A stretch of DNA of 64,000 bases from the NCBI GenBank assembly GCA_965220965.1, contig OZ244852.1, positions 736,001-800,000 of the forward strand. The letters are read 5' to 3'. Below, piece after piece: positions 17,109 to 26,631 of this stretch. Made by a program: the position numbers and the translations under genes. The notes beneath the pieces were generated by a model. The model had not been told where the DNA came from and did not search any database. It worked only from the letters and a program-made list of their open reading frames with translations. The first letter of the stretch is position 1, and each line of letters starts with the position of its first letter. Source of the DNA: Candidatus Marinacidobacterium sp. GTDB taxonomy: Bacteria; Acidobacteriota; Vicinamibacteria; Marinacidobacterales; Marinacidobacteraceae.

Positions 17109-19925
17109 CTAGAAGTAGACGCGGATGGCGAAACGGGCGATCCGCGGCGAGAGGTAGTTGGCGATCCGGTCGTAGTTCGCCCCGCTCGAGGTGTTGATCG
17201 CGGTGACGGTGTTCTGGTTCGTGATGTTGAAGAGGTTCAGCTCGGGCGAGATCCGGAACCGTCCGGTGCGGAAGTCGCGGAAGAGCGCGATGTCGAACGT
17301 CGTCACGTTGTCGAGCCGCTCGGTCCCGACCGGCACCGCGAGGATCGTGGCCCCGCCCTGGTTCAGCCCGCTCACGAAGAACGTGCGCCCGACCGGGGCG
17401 CCCGTCTGGTAGCGCATGACGCCGGAGGCCCGGAAGCCGTAGGGCGCGTGCCAGGTCCCGATGAGCTTCACCTGGTGGGTCCGGTCGTAGAACGACTTGC
17501 CCTGGGCGTTGACCTGCGAGTTCGGGTCCCCGAAGATGCCCGGGTTCGTGTTCTCCCACTGGCCGCCCCGGGTCCAGGTGTCGGTGTCGTTCCAGGTGTA
17601 GGAGAACAGCGCCTGCCAGTTGTTCGAGAAGCGCTTCTGGGTGATGAACTCCACCCCGGTGTAGCTCGTCTCGAACTTGTCCACGGTCGCGATCTGCGAT
17701 TCGTTGAGCCCCACGAATTCCGGACGCAGGTTGTAGACGGTGAGCATGCCTCCGTCGTCGGCGGTGCCGGCGGCGCCGTCCGGACCAGGATCCTGGACCT
17801 GCATCGCGTCGTAAGCCGAATCGGGCCGGGCGAGGTTCACGATGTCCGACTTGTCGTCGCTCGTGCGGCGGGTCAGCGTCGCCTGGACCCAGATGTCCCC
17901 GGCGAACTCGCGCTCGAGGCTCAGGGTCAACTCATCGGTGAACTCGTGCTTCAGGTTCGGCGAGATCGTGTTGACCGCCGCCGCCGCGCCGAACTGGTCG
18001 GAGAGCAGCGTGCCCTGCTCGCCGTCCTGGAACTGTCCGTCCCCGTTCAGGTCGGTCCACTCGTAGCTGTTCGTGAGCCCGCCGTTCTGGTTCACGAAGT
18101 TGGCGAAGCCGGTGGAGAACTGGTGGTAGTAGCGACCCCAGCTCGCCTTGAGGGCGCTCTGGCCGCCCTCCTCGAGCCCGATCACGACGCCGAGGCGCGG
18201 AGCGAAGCTCGACAGGTCGAGGATCCCGGTGCGCTCGGCGAACTGCCGCGGACACCCATCGGCCGCCCTGCACCAGGTGCCGTCGGGGCTGTTCTGCTCG
18301 GGCAGCCAGCCGTGGTAGCGGTCCCAGCGGAGCCCCAGCTTCAGCGTCAGGCGCCCTGACGTGATGATGTCGTCGATGTAGGCCGAGGTCTGGTCGAGCG
18401 TCTGGGCGTCGATCCTCGGGGTGTTCCGGAGCCACACCTGATCCGCCACTCCGTTGTTGAACCGAAGGAAGACGTCCCCGATCGCGGTCGTTTCGTTCCG
18501 GATCGGGTTGTGCGAGTACTCCACGCCGACCTTGAACTCGTGGTCGGCGTTCAGGAACTCCTCGGCGAAGTAGGTCAGATCGCTCTTGTAGGAGTAGCGC
18601 TTCCGCCGCCGCTCGACGTTGAAGTCGCGGGCGTTCAGGAAGACGCCGAGGCCCACGTCCTGTCCGGCCTGGAGACCGGCCGCCTGCGCCTCCTCCGAGT
18701 GGTAGGTCGGGAACCAGACGTTCAGGTGGGAGAAGCGGGTGTCCAGCAGCGCGTTCTGGCTCAGCGTCGAGGTCCAGTTCGCCTGGACGATGCGGAAGGT
18801 GTCGTCCTCGATCCAGGTCGCCTCCGGAGGCCGCGACTGGTCGAGGCCGCGCCGGGGCTTCCAGTAGGTCATCTCGTGCCACTCGAGGCTCAGCTTGTTG
18901 CTCTGGTTCAGGTCGGTGTCGCTCTTCAGCACGAACTGGCGCATGTCGGTGTCCTCGGTGACCGACTGGACGCCGGAGACGTAGCGGTGGACCCGCTCAT
19001 CCCGGAACGAGAAGTAGAACGTCGAGCGGTCGCGGATCACCGGGCCGCCGATCTGGCCGTTGAAGTCGCTCAGGTAGTCGAACTCCGACACCGTGCCGCC
19101 ACGCGACTCGAGGGCGTCCGAGAAGTTGTCGAACTGGGTCGCGTCGTTCTGATAGAAGGCCCCGACCGAACCGGCGAAGTCGTTTCCGCCGGTCTTCGTC
19201 ACCATGTTGAGGTAGAGCCCGGGAGCGTTCACCGACGCCGGGTGGGAGCCGGTCTCGACCTGCACTTCCTCGAAGGAGTCGTAGTCGTAGTAGTAGCCGC
19301 TCGCGCCGAGCGCCGCCGGGCAGGTGACGTTCACGCCGTTCAGGTAGTAGCTGTTCTGGCCCCACGAGGTGCCGCGGACCGAGAAGACCGCCTGGAGTCC
19401 GGTCTCGCTGCCGCCCACATCGAGGCGGTTCGTCGTGACGCCGGGCGCCTGGTGCTCGAGCAGCGACCACACGTCGCGCGCGCTCGGGACTTCCTCGAGG
19501 AGGCTCTCGTCGAAGGTCGCGCCGATGACCGTGCTCTTGGTGTCGAGGAGCGGCGACTCGCCGACGACCGTGACGGTCTCCTCGATCGTCGAGAGGCCGA
19601 GCTGGACATCGAGGCTGGTGGTGCGTCCGATGTCGACCCGGACGCCCTCGTTCACGCGGGTCTGGAACCCGCCGAGCTCGAACCGCAGGTCCACGACCCC
19701 GGGCGGGACCGCGAGGAAGCGGTAGGTCCCGGTGGAGCTGGTGACCGAGACCTCGGTCCCGAATTCCCCGGACATGGTCACGGACACGCCAGGCAGAACC
19801 TGGCCGGTGCCGTCCACGACCGTGCCCTCCATCGTGCCGGTGCGGGTCTGGGCCGCCGCCGGCGCCGCCGCAAGCGCGGTGGCGAAGAACGCGAGGAGAA
19901 GGCCTCGCAACCGGGTGTTCCTCAT
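17109..19925 (-). CDS. TonB-dependent receptor (Oar-like) with N-terminal carboxypeptidase-regulatory-like domain
   Basis: Signal peptide; GTVVDGTG.VLPGVSVT; EETVTVVGESP; plug motifs EEVQVETG and NMVTKTGGN; terminal aromatic residue in RVYF. Confidence 0.93.
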   Translation of the reverse strand: MRNTRLRGLLLAFFATALAAAPAAAQTRTGTMEGTVVDGTGQVLPGVSVTMSGEFGTEVSVTSSTGTYRFLAVPPGVVDLRFELGGFQTRVNEGVRVDIGRTTSLDVQLGLSTIEETVTVVGESPLLDTKSTVIGATFDESLLEEVPSARDVWSLLEHQAPGVTTNRLDVGGSETGLQAVFSVRGTSWGQNSYYLNGVNVTCPAALGASGYYYDYDSFEEVQVETGSHPASVNAPGLYLNMVTKTGGNDFAGSVGAFYQNDATQFDNFSDALESRGGTVSEFDYLSDFNGQIGGPVIRDRSTFYFSFRDERVHRYVSGVQSVTEDTDMRQFVLKSDTDLNQSNKLSLEWHEMTYWKPRRGLDQSRPPEATWIEDDTFRIVQANWTSTLSQNALLDTRFSHLNVWFPTYHSEEAQAAGLQAGQDVGLGVFLNARDFNVERRRKRYSYKSDLTYFAEEFLNADHEFKVGVEYSHNPIRNETTAIGDVFLRFNNGVADQVWLRNTPRIDAQTLDQTSAYIDDIITSGRLTLKLGLRWDRYHGWLPEQNSPDGTWCRAADGCPRQFAERTGILDLSSFAPRLGVVIGLEEGGQSALKASWGRYYHQFSTGFANFVNQNGGLTNSYEWTDLNGDGQFQDGEQGTLLSDQFGAAAAVNTISPNLKHEFTDELTLSLEREFAGDIWVQATLTRRTSDDKSDIVNLARPDSAYDAMQVQDPGPDGAAGTADDGGMLTVYNLRPEFVGLNESQIATVDKFETSYTGVEFITQKRFSNNWQALFSYTWNDTDTWTRGGQWENTNPGIFGDPNSQVNAQGKSFYDRTHQVKLIGTWHAPYGFRASGVMRYQTGAPVGRTFFVSGLNQGGATILAVPVGTERLDNVTTFDIALFRDFRTGRFRISPELNLFNITNQNTVTAINTSSGANYDRIANYLSPRIARFAIRVYF

Positions 19926-20005
19926 GGATCCCCCCTTGGAGAACTGGTCCGGACGGACTGGTGGATGCTGGCGACCCCCACGGAACTCGTAAAGGTCAAA
20001 ACCCG

Positions 20006-20034
20006 ATACTGCGGGGCGCGAGGGCCGAAGTCAA
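20006..20034 (-). promoter_or_regulatory. Putative sigma70 promoter of the TonB-dependent receptor
   Basis: Minus strand reads TTGACT-N17-CAGTAT. Confidence 0.5.
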
Positions 20035-20061
20035 GCGAGGCCCCGCCAAAGTCAGCGGGGG

Positions 20062-21264
20062 TCAACGGCCGCCGTGAGGGCAGGCGAAGAGCGCCTCCTG
20101 GGGCGCGGTCCACTCGCCCGAACCGTCGGCGTGCTGGATCAGCATCCGGCCCTCCCGGTACATGTCGAGGTCCAGGGTGAACTCCTTGGCGTTCGACTGG
20201 CGGCCGCTGTGGTCCCAGGCGGCCGGGATCGAGGGGTCGCGGAACCGGTAGGTTCCGGTGCGGCCGTATGCGATGCGGTTCGACCAGACATCCATCCCGG
20301 GGATGAGTCCGCTCAGGAACCCCTCGGCGTCGGTGGCGAGGGTGGTCTCCATCTCGAGGATGCCGGGGATCAGCGCCCGCCGGACCACCCAGCCGGGGCG
20401 GCGCTCCGTCGTGATCTCGACGGGAGTCCGGCGGATGGCGCGGTAGCGCTGCGGCGCCCCCGGGGCGAGGCTCCGGAAGATGCCCAGCACGGCCTCCCGG
20501 TGGGTTTCAGGGAGCTCCTCGTCGAGGTAGAGCGCGACCCAGGTCTCCGGTCCCAGGGTGACGAACTCGGTTCCGGCGAGGTCGAGGTCGCCGTAATGGC
20601 CCGCTTCGATCCGCGTCGCCGTCGTGGCGTGGCAGGGAGGGTGCGAGGGCGGGCCGTTCGAGCGACAGGGGCAGGGGGTGTCGCAGGGGCAGGCGGTGAA
20701 GGCGTGTCCGTGGATTTCCCACTCCGGGAAGTCCAACGCTGCGGGTTTTGGGGCCGTCTGGCCGACGGGAAGCCGCATCCCCTGGCCCCCCGCCGGGCGC
20801 AGAACGAACCGGACGCTCTCGGCGAACCGGATGGGCGTGGGTTCGCCGCCCGCCAGCGTGGGTTCGTAGGCCCACTGGCGCGCCGCGGACGCCGCCGCCT
20901 GCGCGAGGTCTTCCGCGCCGCGGAGCGGTCGGGCCTCGGCCACCCGACCCTCCCGGTCGAGCGTCAACTCGAGGATGACGAGCCCCTCCTCGCCCCGGGC
21001 GCGGGCGGTCTCCGGGAAGGCGGGCGGTTCGAAACGCACCCGCTCGGGCCGCCGGATGTCGCCCCCGACGGGCAGGATGTCGGCCTCGGGCGGGAGCTCC
21101 GCCACCTCGGGAGACTCCGCGACCGGTTCCGCGCTGCGCTCCTGCCCGCACGCCCCGCCCAGCATGAGGAGGATCGCCGGAAGGGCATAATGGCGGAGAC
21201 GGTCCGGCGCGCGCCGATGCGGCGATCCGCGCCGCGCCGGGACCGGAGACTGGTGAGACGGCAC
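20062..21264 (-). CDS. Lipoprotein fusion of a TonB C-terminal domain and a DUF1326 Cys-rich domain (start uncertain)
   Basis: Lipobox-like GGAC; TonB_C motifs VGGDIRRP, FPETARARGEEGLVILE, AARQWAYEP; DUF1326-like WEIHG..FTACPCDTPCPC...C.A...IEAGHYGDLDL. Confidence 0.8.
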   Translation of the reverse strand: MPSHQSPVPARRGSPHRRAPDRLRHYALPAILLMLGGACGQERSAEPVAESPEVAELPPEADILPVGGDIRRPERVRFEPPAFPETARARGEEGLVILELTLDREGRVAEARPLRGAEDLAQAAASAARQWAYEPTLAGGEPTPIRFAESVRFVLRPAGGQGMRLPVGQTAPKPAALDFPEWEIHGHAFTACPCDTPCPCRSNGPPSHPPCHATTATRIEAGHYGDLDLAGTEFVTLGPETWVALYLDEELPETHREAVLGIFRSLAPGAPQRYRAIRRTPVEITTERRPGWVVRRALIPGILEMETTLATDAEGFLSGLIPGMDVWSNRIAYGRTGTYRFRDPSIPAAWDHSGRQSNAKEFTLDLDMYREGRMLIQHADGSGEWTAPQEALFACPHGGR

Positions 21265-21330
21265 GGGCGACGCGGCCGATTGTTGCGCATTGGAGGGGCC
21301 TGGGGAGCGACCCGACGGGTCGTGCGGCGA

Positions 21331-22449
21331 ATGTCGCTCCTCGTCGCGCTCGCCGCCCCGGTTCCGGCCGGGGCCTCCTCCGTCCAGGCGCCGGCCGGTC
21401 CGGATCCCCGGGTGCGGGAGGCCGCCGCCCGGCTGGCGGCGGGGGAAAGGGACGCCGCCGAGGCGGCGCTCGCGGCCTTTCTGGGCGGGCGGGAGACGGA
21501 CCCGGCGGCGCGCCATCAGGCCGGGGTCGTCTGGCTGGTGGGCGGCTCGCCGGCCGACGCCGTCGCCCACTTCGAAGCGGCGCTCATCGCCGATCCCGGC
21601 TTCCTCGACGCCCGGCTCGCGCTCGGCCAGGCGCTCGCCCAGCTCGGCCGGGTGGAGGACGCGGTCCGCGAGCTCGACGCCGCGTCGGAGGCGGCGCCCG
21701 ACCGTTATGAGGGTCCCTATCTGGCCGCCGCCGCGCTGGACGCGGCCGACCGGGTCTCCGAAGCCGCCCCCCGGGCGCGGACCGCCGCGCGGAGGGCCCC
21801 GGCGAACCCCGGAGTGCGACGTTTCCTCGGGCGGATCCTCCTGCGGATCGAGCAGTGGCCCGAGGCGGAGGCCGAACTCATGGCGGCGCTGCGCCTCGGG
21901 TATCGCGAGGATCCCGCGATCTTCGCGGACCTCGGCGCCGCGCTCGTCGGCCAGGAGAAGCTGACCGCCGCCCGCGCCGCCTACGAGCAGCACCTCGCGC
22001 TCGCGCCTGACGATCCCGGGACGCTGCTGCAGCTCGGCTACCTCGACTGGCGGGCGGGCGATGCCGAAGCCTCCGAGGAGCGGCTGAACCGCGCGATTTT
22101 CCTCGATCCGGATCTCCGGCGGGCTCACCTGTTCCTTGGCCTCACCGCGCTCCGCCGTCTCGACCTCGACGGGGCCGAAGCCGCGTTCCGGCGCGCGCTC
22201 GAGCGGGGCGAGGACTTCCCGGAGGCCTGGTTCCACCTGGGGAAGATCGCGCTCCGCCGGGGCGATCCGGGGACGGCCGCGCAGATGCTGGAGGCCGCGG
22301 TGCGACACGACCCCGACTACCGGGAGGCGTACTATCAGCTCGCGTTCGCGCTGCGGCGGCTGGGGGACGGGGAAGGGGCCGACCGGGCGCTGGCGCGGTT
22401 CGAGGAACTCGATCCCGGGGCATCGCCGGGGAAGGAGGAGCAGCCATGA
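21331..22449 (+). CDS. TPR-repeat protein (start uncertain, 21280-21331)
   Basis: Serial TPR motifs (ARLALGQALAQLGR, AWFHLGKI, AYYQLAFALRRLG). Confidence 0.85.
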   Translation: MSLLVALAAPVPAGASSVQAPAGPDPRVREAAARLAAGERDAAEAALAAFLGGRETDPAARHQAGVVWLVGGSPADAVAHFEAALIADPGFLDARLALGQALAQLGRVEDAVRELDAASEAAPDRYEGPYLAAAALDAADRVSEAAPRARTAARRAPANPGVRRFLGRILLRIEQWPEAEAELMAALRLGYREDPAIFADLGAALVGQEKLTAARAAYEQHLALAPDDPGTLLQLGYLDWRAGDAEASEERLNRAIFLDPDLRRAHLFLGLTALRRLDLDGAEAAFRRALERGEDFPEAWFHLGKIALRRGDPGTAAQMLEAAVRHDPDYREAYYQLAFALRRLGDGEGADRALARFEELDPGASPGKEEQP

Positions 22450-23471
22450 CCCGGACCCGACGGAGACTGCTGGCTTTGGGAATGTTCGCCATCGCCGTGG
22501 CTTGCGCCGCCGCATTCGCTCAGCCGGCCCTGCACCAGCCGCCCCTCCACCAGCCAGTGGCCACCTTCTCCATCGTGGCCTACGACCCCGACACGCAGGA
22601 GATGGGCGTCGCGGTCCAGTCGAAGTACTTCTCGGTGGGCCACGTCGTGCCGTGGGGCGAAGCCGGGGTCGGCGTGGTCGCGACCCAGGCGAACGTGAAC
22701 GCCGGGTACGGGCTCGAGGGTCTGCGCCTGCTCCGCGAGGGCCTGAGCGCCGAAGCGGTCCGGGAGCGCCTGCTCGCCGAGGACACCTTCCCGGGGATCG
22801 AGGGACGCCAGTTCGCCGTCGTGGATGCGAATGGCGGCATCGCCGTCCACACCGGGCCGAGCGCCAACGCCTGGGCCGGGCACCGAGTCGGGGAGCACTA
22901 CTCGGCGCAGGGCAACATCCTCACCGGGCCCGAGGTCGTCGAAGCGATGGGCGACGCCTTCGAGGCGGCCGACGGTACGCTCGCCGAGCGGCTCCAGGCG
23001 GCGATGGTCGCGGGTCAGGAGGCGGGTGGCGACAGCCGCGGCCGGCAGTCAGCGGCCATGCTCGTGGTGGGCGAGGGGCTCGGCCGCAACATCAACAACG
23101 ACGTCGTCGCGCGGCTCCAGGTGGAGGACCACCCGAGGCCGATCCAGGAGCTGGGGCGGGTGCTGAACATCAACCTCTCGCTCACCGCGATGTCCCGCAG
23201 CCGGGAGCGGATGGGCGCCGGCGACGGGGAGGGGGCCATGCGCGAGGCCGAACGGGCCGCCGCGCTCTGGCCCGACGCCTCCGACGCCTGGCTCCATCTC
23301 GGGCTCCTCGCCTACTCGCTGGGCGACCGGGACCGCGCCCTCAGCGCCCTGCGGGAAGCCGCTTCGCGGAATGACCTGTTCCGGGGACAGCTCGAGTCCA
23401 CGCTGAGCTGGACCGGCCATCCGGGGCTCGACGAGGAGTTCCTCGCGGCGCTCTTCCCCGCAGGTTCCTGA
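22446..23471 (+). CDS. DUF1028 (Ntn-hydrolase-like) protein with C-terminal TPR
   Basis: TFSIVAYDP...GVAVQS, VATQA, QGNIL, GGDSRGRQSAA; ATGA overlap. Confidence 0.9.
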   Translation: MTRTRRRLLALGMFAIAVACAAAFAQPALHQPPLHQPVATFSIVAYDPDTQEMGVAVQSKYFSVGHVVPWGEAGVGVVATQANVNAGYGLEGLRLLREGLSAEAVRERLLAEDTFPGIEGRQFAVVDANGGIAVHTGPSANAWAGHRVGEHYSAQGNILTGPEVVEAMGDAFEAADGTLAERLQAAMVAGQEAGGDSRGRQSAAMLVVGEGLGRNINNDVVARLQVEDHPRPIQELGRVLNINLSLTAMSRSRERMGAGDGEGAMREAERAAALWPDASDAWLHLGLLAYSLGDRDRALSALREAASRNDLFRGQLESTLSWTGHPGLDEEFLAALFPAGS

Positions 23472-23489
23472 GGCGGCCCCGACCGGGCG

Positions 23490-24455
23490 GTGAACACCAC
23501 GCGCCGGACGCTCGGGCGGGGCCTCGCCGCGCGGCTCCTCGCCGGGGGGGTGGCCCTGGCGCCCGCGACGGCCTCGGCCCAGAACCCCGAGGCGCTGCTC
23601 CGCGCCGGTCAGCGCTGGCTGGAGTCCGGGAACGCGGCGGCGGCCGTCGAGTCGTTCCGCCGGCTCGTCCGCCAGGCTCCCGAGGCGCGATCCTTCTACT
23701 ACCTTGGGGTTGCGCTGCTCGAAGCGGGTGACCCGGAAGAAGCGGTGGAGGCGCTCCGGCGGGCGCGGGAGCTGACGCCGGAACCGAACCCGGCGCTGGA
23801 TCTGTCCTTCGGGACCGCGCTGCTGCGGAGCGGCGACGCCGAAGGCGCCATCGAGGTTCTTGCGGCCGCCGCCCGCCGTCATCCCGGGTCCGCCCCGATC
23901 CTGCTCCAGCTCGGCTACGCCCACTACACCCGGCTCGAGGGCGAGGCCGCGCGCAGCGTCCTGCTGGAGGCGCGCGAGCGCGCGCCCGGCAACCCGGCGG
24001 CGCACTTCTACCTGGGCCTCGCGGAGGCGGCGCTCGGCGCCCTCGAACCGGCCGCGGAGTCCTTCGGCGAGGCGATCCGGCTGGAACCTCGCGAACCCGA
24101 GTTCCGGGTGGCGCTCGGGCGGACCCTCTCCCAGCTCGACCGGACCGACGAGGCGCGCGCGGCCTACCGGACCGCGCTCGAGCTTGCGCCGGAATCGGTG
24201 GCGGCGCGCGTCGGACTCGGGATCCTCGACCTCCGGGCGGGCGAGCCGCAAAAGGCGGTCACAGCGCTGGAGGCGGCGCTCGAGAGGGACCCCATCCACC
24301 GCCAGGCGCTCTACAACCTCGCGTCGGCGCTGGCGCTCCTCGGTCGCCACGAGGAGGCCGCTGCCGCCCGGCGACGCTTCGCCGAGGCCCCGGAGGAGGG
24401 GCAGGGCCCCGGCCGCTCGCTCTCCCGGACCCGCACCCGCCGGCCGCCCCGGTGA
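23490..24455 (+). CDS. TPR-repeat protein, secreted
   Basis: Signal peptide; TPR motifs (YYLGVALL, AHFYLGLA, ALYNLASAL). Confidence 0.85.
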   Translation: MNTTRRTLGRGLAARLLAGGVALAPATASAQNPEALLRAGQRWLESGNAAAAVESFRRLVRQAPEARSFYYLGVALLEAGDPEEAVEALRRARELTPEPNPALDLSFGTALLRSGDAEGAIEVLAAAARRHPGSAPILLQLGYAHYTRLEGEAARSVLLEARERAPGNPAAHFYLGLAEAALGALEPAAESFGEAIRLEPREPEFRVALGRTLSQLDRTDEARAAYRTALELAPESVAARVGLGILDLRAGEPQKAVTALEAALERDPIHRQALYNLASALALLGRHEEAAAARRRFAEAPEEGQGPGRSLSRTRTRRPPR

Positions 24456-24542
24456 GAAGCCGTTCTGGCCGGGCGAGTCGTAATGGGAGTCACCCGGACT
24501 AGACTCGGCGCCGAGCGACCCAGGTCAGGAGAAAAGGCGCGG

Positions 24543-24818
24543 ATGGACGACTCTGGCCCGTTCCGGACATGGACCGTTGCGGAAGCCAGAGCGCGCCTCT
24601 CGGAGATCCTGCGCCTTGCGGAGGAGCAGGGACCGCAGCGCATCGGCATCCGCCGGTCTTTCGTCGTCGTCCCCGAACGCCTCTGGCGAGAAAAGACACC
24701 GGAGCGTGAGCCCCTCGGACGCTGGCTGATCGGGAACATGCCTCGCGGTGTGGACCTGGAGCCCTGCGAGCGAGTATCCGGGCGGGAGATCCCGTTCGCT
24801 CCGGAGCGCCAGCGATGA
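24543..24818 (+). CDS. Phd/YefM-family antitoxin (orphan)
   Basis: WTVAEARARLSEILRLAEEQGPQRI matches the Phd N-terminal DNA-binding pattern. Confidence 0.8.
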   Translation: MDDSGPFRTWTVAEARARLSEILRLAEEQGPQRIGIRRSFVVVPERLWREKTPEREPLGRWLIGNMPRGVDLEPCERVSGREIPFAPERQR

Positions 24819-24868
24819 GAGGCGTCCTGCGAGACACCGGCGTGGTCTTCGGGGCGGCGCCCCGTTGA
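24815..24868 (+). pseudogene. Probable relic of a VapC/PIN toxin N-terminus (17 aa)
   Basis: ATGA overlap with the antitoxin stop; MRGVLRDTGVVFGAAPR* resembles the PIN start MxxhLLDTNVhS. Confidence 0.5.
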
Positions 24869-26631
24869 CGGAGTCACGCGCCCTGGTCCCTGGAGCGGGA
24901 TCACCCCGCCGGACGGGCGCCCTCCGCCGGGTGGTCTGGAGCCTGGGAGGGCTTCTGGTGGCGGCATGGGCGGCCGGGAGCGAGTCCGGGTTCACCTTCG
25001 TGGATAGGACGGCCGCCTCCGGGATCGTCTTCCACCATGAGGACGGCGGGAGCGGTCGGCGCTACGTGGTCGAGATCGTGGGCGGCGGCGTGCTGGCGTT
25101 CGACTACGACATGGATGGCTGGCCCGATCTCTTCTTCGTGAACGGCCACCCGCTGCCTGGCGACCCGGGCGGGGCCACCGTGGGGAACCGGCTCTTCCGG
25201 AACCTCGGGGACGGGCGTTTCGCCGATGTCACCTCGGCGGCCGGCCTTCTCGACCCGCCGGACGCGCTTCGTTACGGGATGGGCGGCGCCGCCGGCGACC
25301 TCGACGGGGACGGGGACCCCGATCTGCTGATCACCCACTTCGGCGCCGAGCGGCTCTACTGGAACCAGGGCGACGGCACGTTCCGGGAGGCGGCTGGCGC
25401 GGCCGGGGCGAGCGACCCGGACTGGACGACGAGCGCCGCGCTCTTCGACGCCGACGGGGACGGCGACCTCGACATCTACGCGGCGAACTACCTCGAGTAC
25501 TCGCTGGCGACGCACCGGGACTGCGAGAGTCCGGTGCGGGGGCTTCTGGCCTACTGCCACCCGCAGGAGTACCCCGGCGTCGCCGACTCGTTCTTCGAGA
25601 ACCTGGGGGACCGCAGCTTCTCCGGCCGCCCGGTCCCCGGGTCGGAGGAGGGGAAGGGACTCGGGGTCGTCATCACCGACCTCGGAGGCGACGGCGCGCC
25701 GGATGTCCACGTGGCGAACGACACGACCCCCAACTTCCTCTTCCGGGTGACCCGGGGGCCCGAGGGTCTGGCGTTCTCGGAGGAGGGGCTCGCCGCCGGA
25801 ATCGCCTACAACGAAGAGGGATTGCCCGAGGCCGGGATGGGGACCGACTTCGGCGATGTGGACCGCGATGGCCGCATGGACATCATCGTGACCAACTTCG
25901 ACTTCGAGACGAACACGCTCTACCGCAATCTCGGCGGCGGGCTCTTCCTCGACGCCACCGCCGCCTTCGGGATCGGCGGGGAAAGCCTGGTGGAGCTCGG
26001 CTTCGGGTGCGACCTCGCCGACTTCGACAACGACGGCTGGCTCGATCTGGTGGTGGCCAACGGACACATCCTGGACAACATCCAGGAGATCCAGTCGAAC
26101 CTGCGCTTCGCCCAGCCGGGGCAGCTCTTCCGGAACCTCGGCGGGACGCTGGCGCGCCGGCCGGCGAACGAGGGGGATCTGGCCCGTCCCCGGGTGGGGC
26201 GGGGCCTGGCGACGCTCGACTACGACCGGGACGGGGACCTCGACATCGCGCTGGCCTCGAACCGGGGACCCGCCGAGCTGCTCGCGAACGAGGGCGGGTC
26301 GGCTTCGGGGGCTTCGCTCGGGCTGTGGCTGGCCGGGGTCTCGTCCAACCGCGACGGCGTCGGGGCGCTCGTCCGGGTGGAGACCGCGGACCTCGTCCAG
26401 ACCGGCGAGCGACGCGCCGGGAGCAGCTTCCTGGCGCGGAGCGAGGCGCCGGTCTGGTTCGGGCTGGGGGACGCCAGCGGGGCCCGCGAGGTCGTGGTGT
26501 CCTGGCCCTCCGGGACCGAGGATCGGCTCGGTCCGCTCCCCGCCGGGTTCCTCCACCTGGTGAAGGAAGGGCGGGGCGTCGTGGGCGCGACGGCGCTCGG
26601 GTCGGACGGCGACCCGGGCGGGGACCGGTGA
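24865..26631 (+). CDS. CRTAC1 family protein (FG-GAP plus ASPIC/UnbV)
   Basis: FVDRTAASGI, DYDMDGWPDL, GKGLGV, EAGMG, NGH, SSNRDGVGA; start TTG 24865 or GTG 24931. Confidence 0.9.
   Translation: MTESRALVPGAGSPRRTGALRRVVWSLGGLLVAAWAAGSESGFTFVDRTAASGIVFHHEDGGSGRRYVVEIVGGGVLAFDYDMDGWPDLFFVNGHPLPGDPGGATVGNRLFRNLGDGRFADVTSAAGLLDPPDALRYGMGGAAGDLDGDGDPDLLITHFGAERLYWNQGDGTFREAAGAAGASDPDWTTSAALFDADGDGDLDIYAANYLEYSLATHRDCESPVRGLLAYCHPQEYPGVADSFFENLGDRSFSGRPVPGSEEGKGLGVVITDLGGDGAPDVHVANDTTPNFLFRVTRGPEGLAFSEEGLAAGIAYNEEGLPEAGMGTDFGDVDRDGRMDIIVTNFDFETNTLYRNLGGGLFLDATAAFGIGGESLVELGFGCDLADFDNDGWLDLVVANGHILDNIQEIQSNLRFAQPGQLFRNLGGTLARRPANEGDLARPRVGRGLATLDYDRDGDLDIALASNRGPAELLANEGGSASGASLGLWLAGVSSNRDGVGALVRVETADLVQTGERRAGSSFLARSEAPVWFGLGDASGAREVVVSWPSGTEDRLGPLPAGFLHLVKEGRGVVGATALGSDGDPGGDR

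Noticed and set aside
19926-20005. Cobalamin or other riboswitch in the receptor leader
   Set aside because: The leader is short and lacks B12-box or other known motifs.
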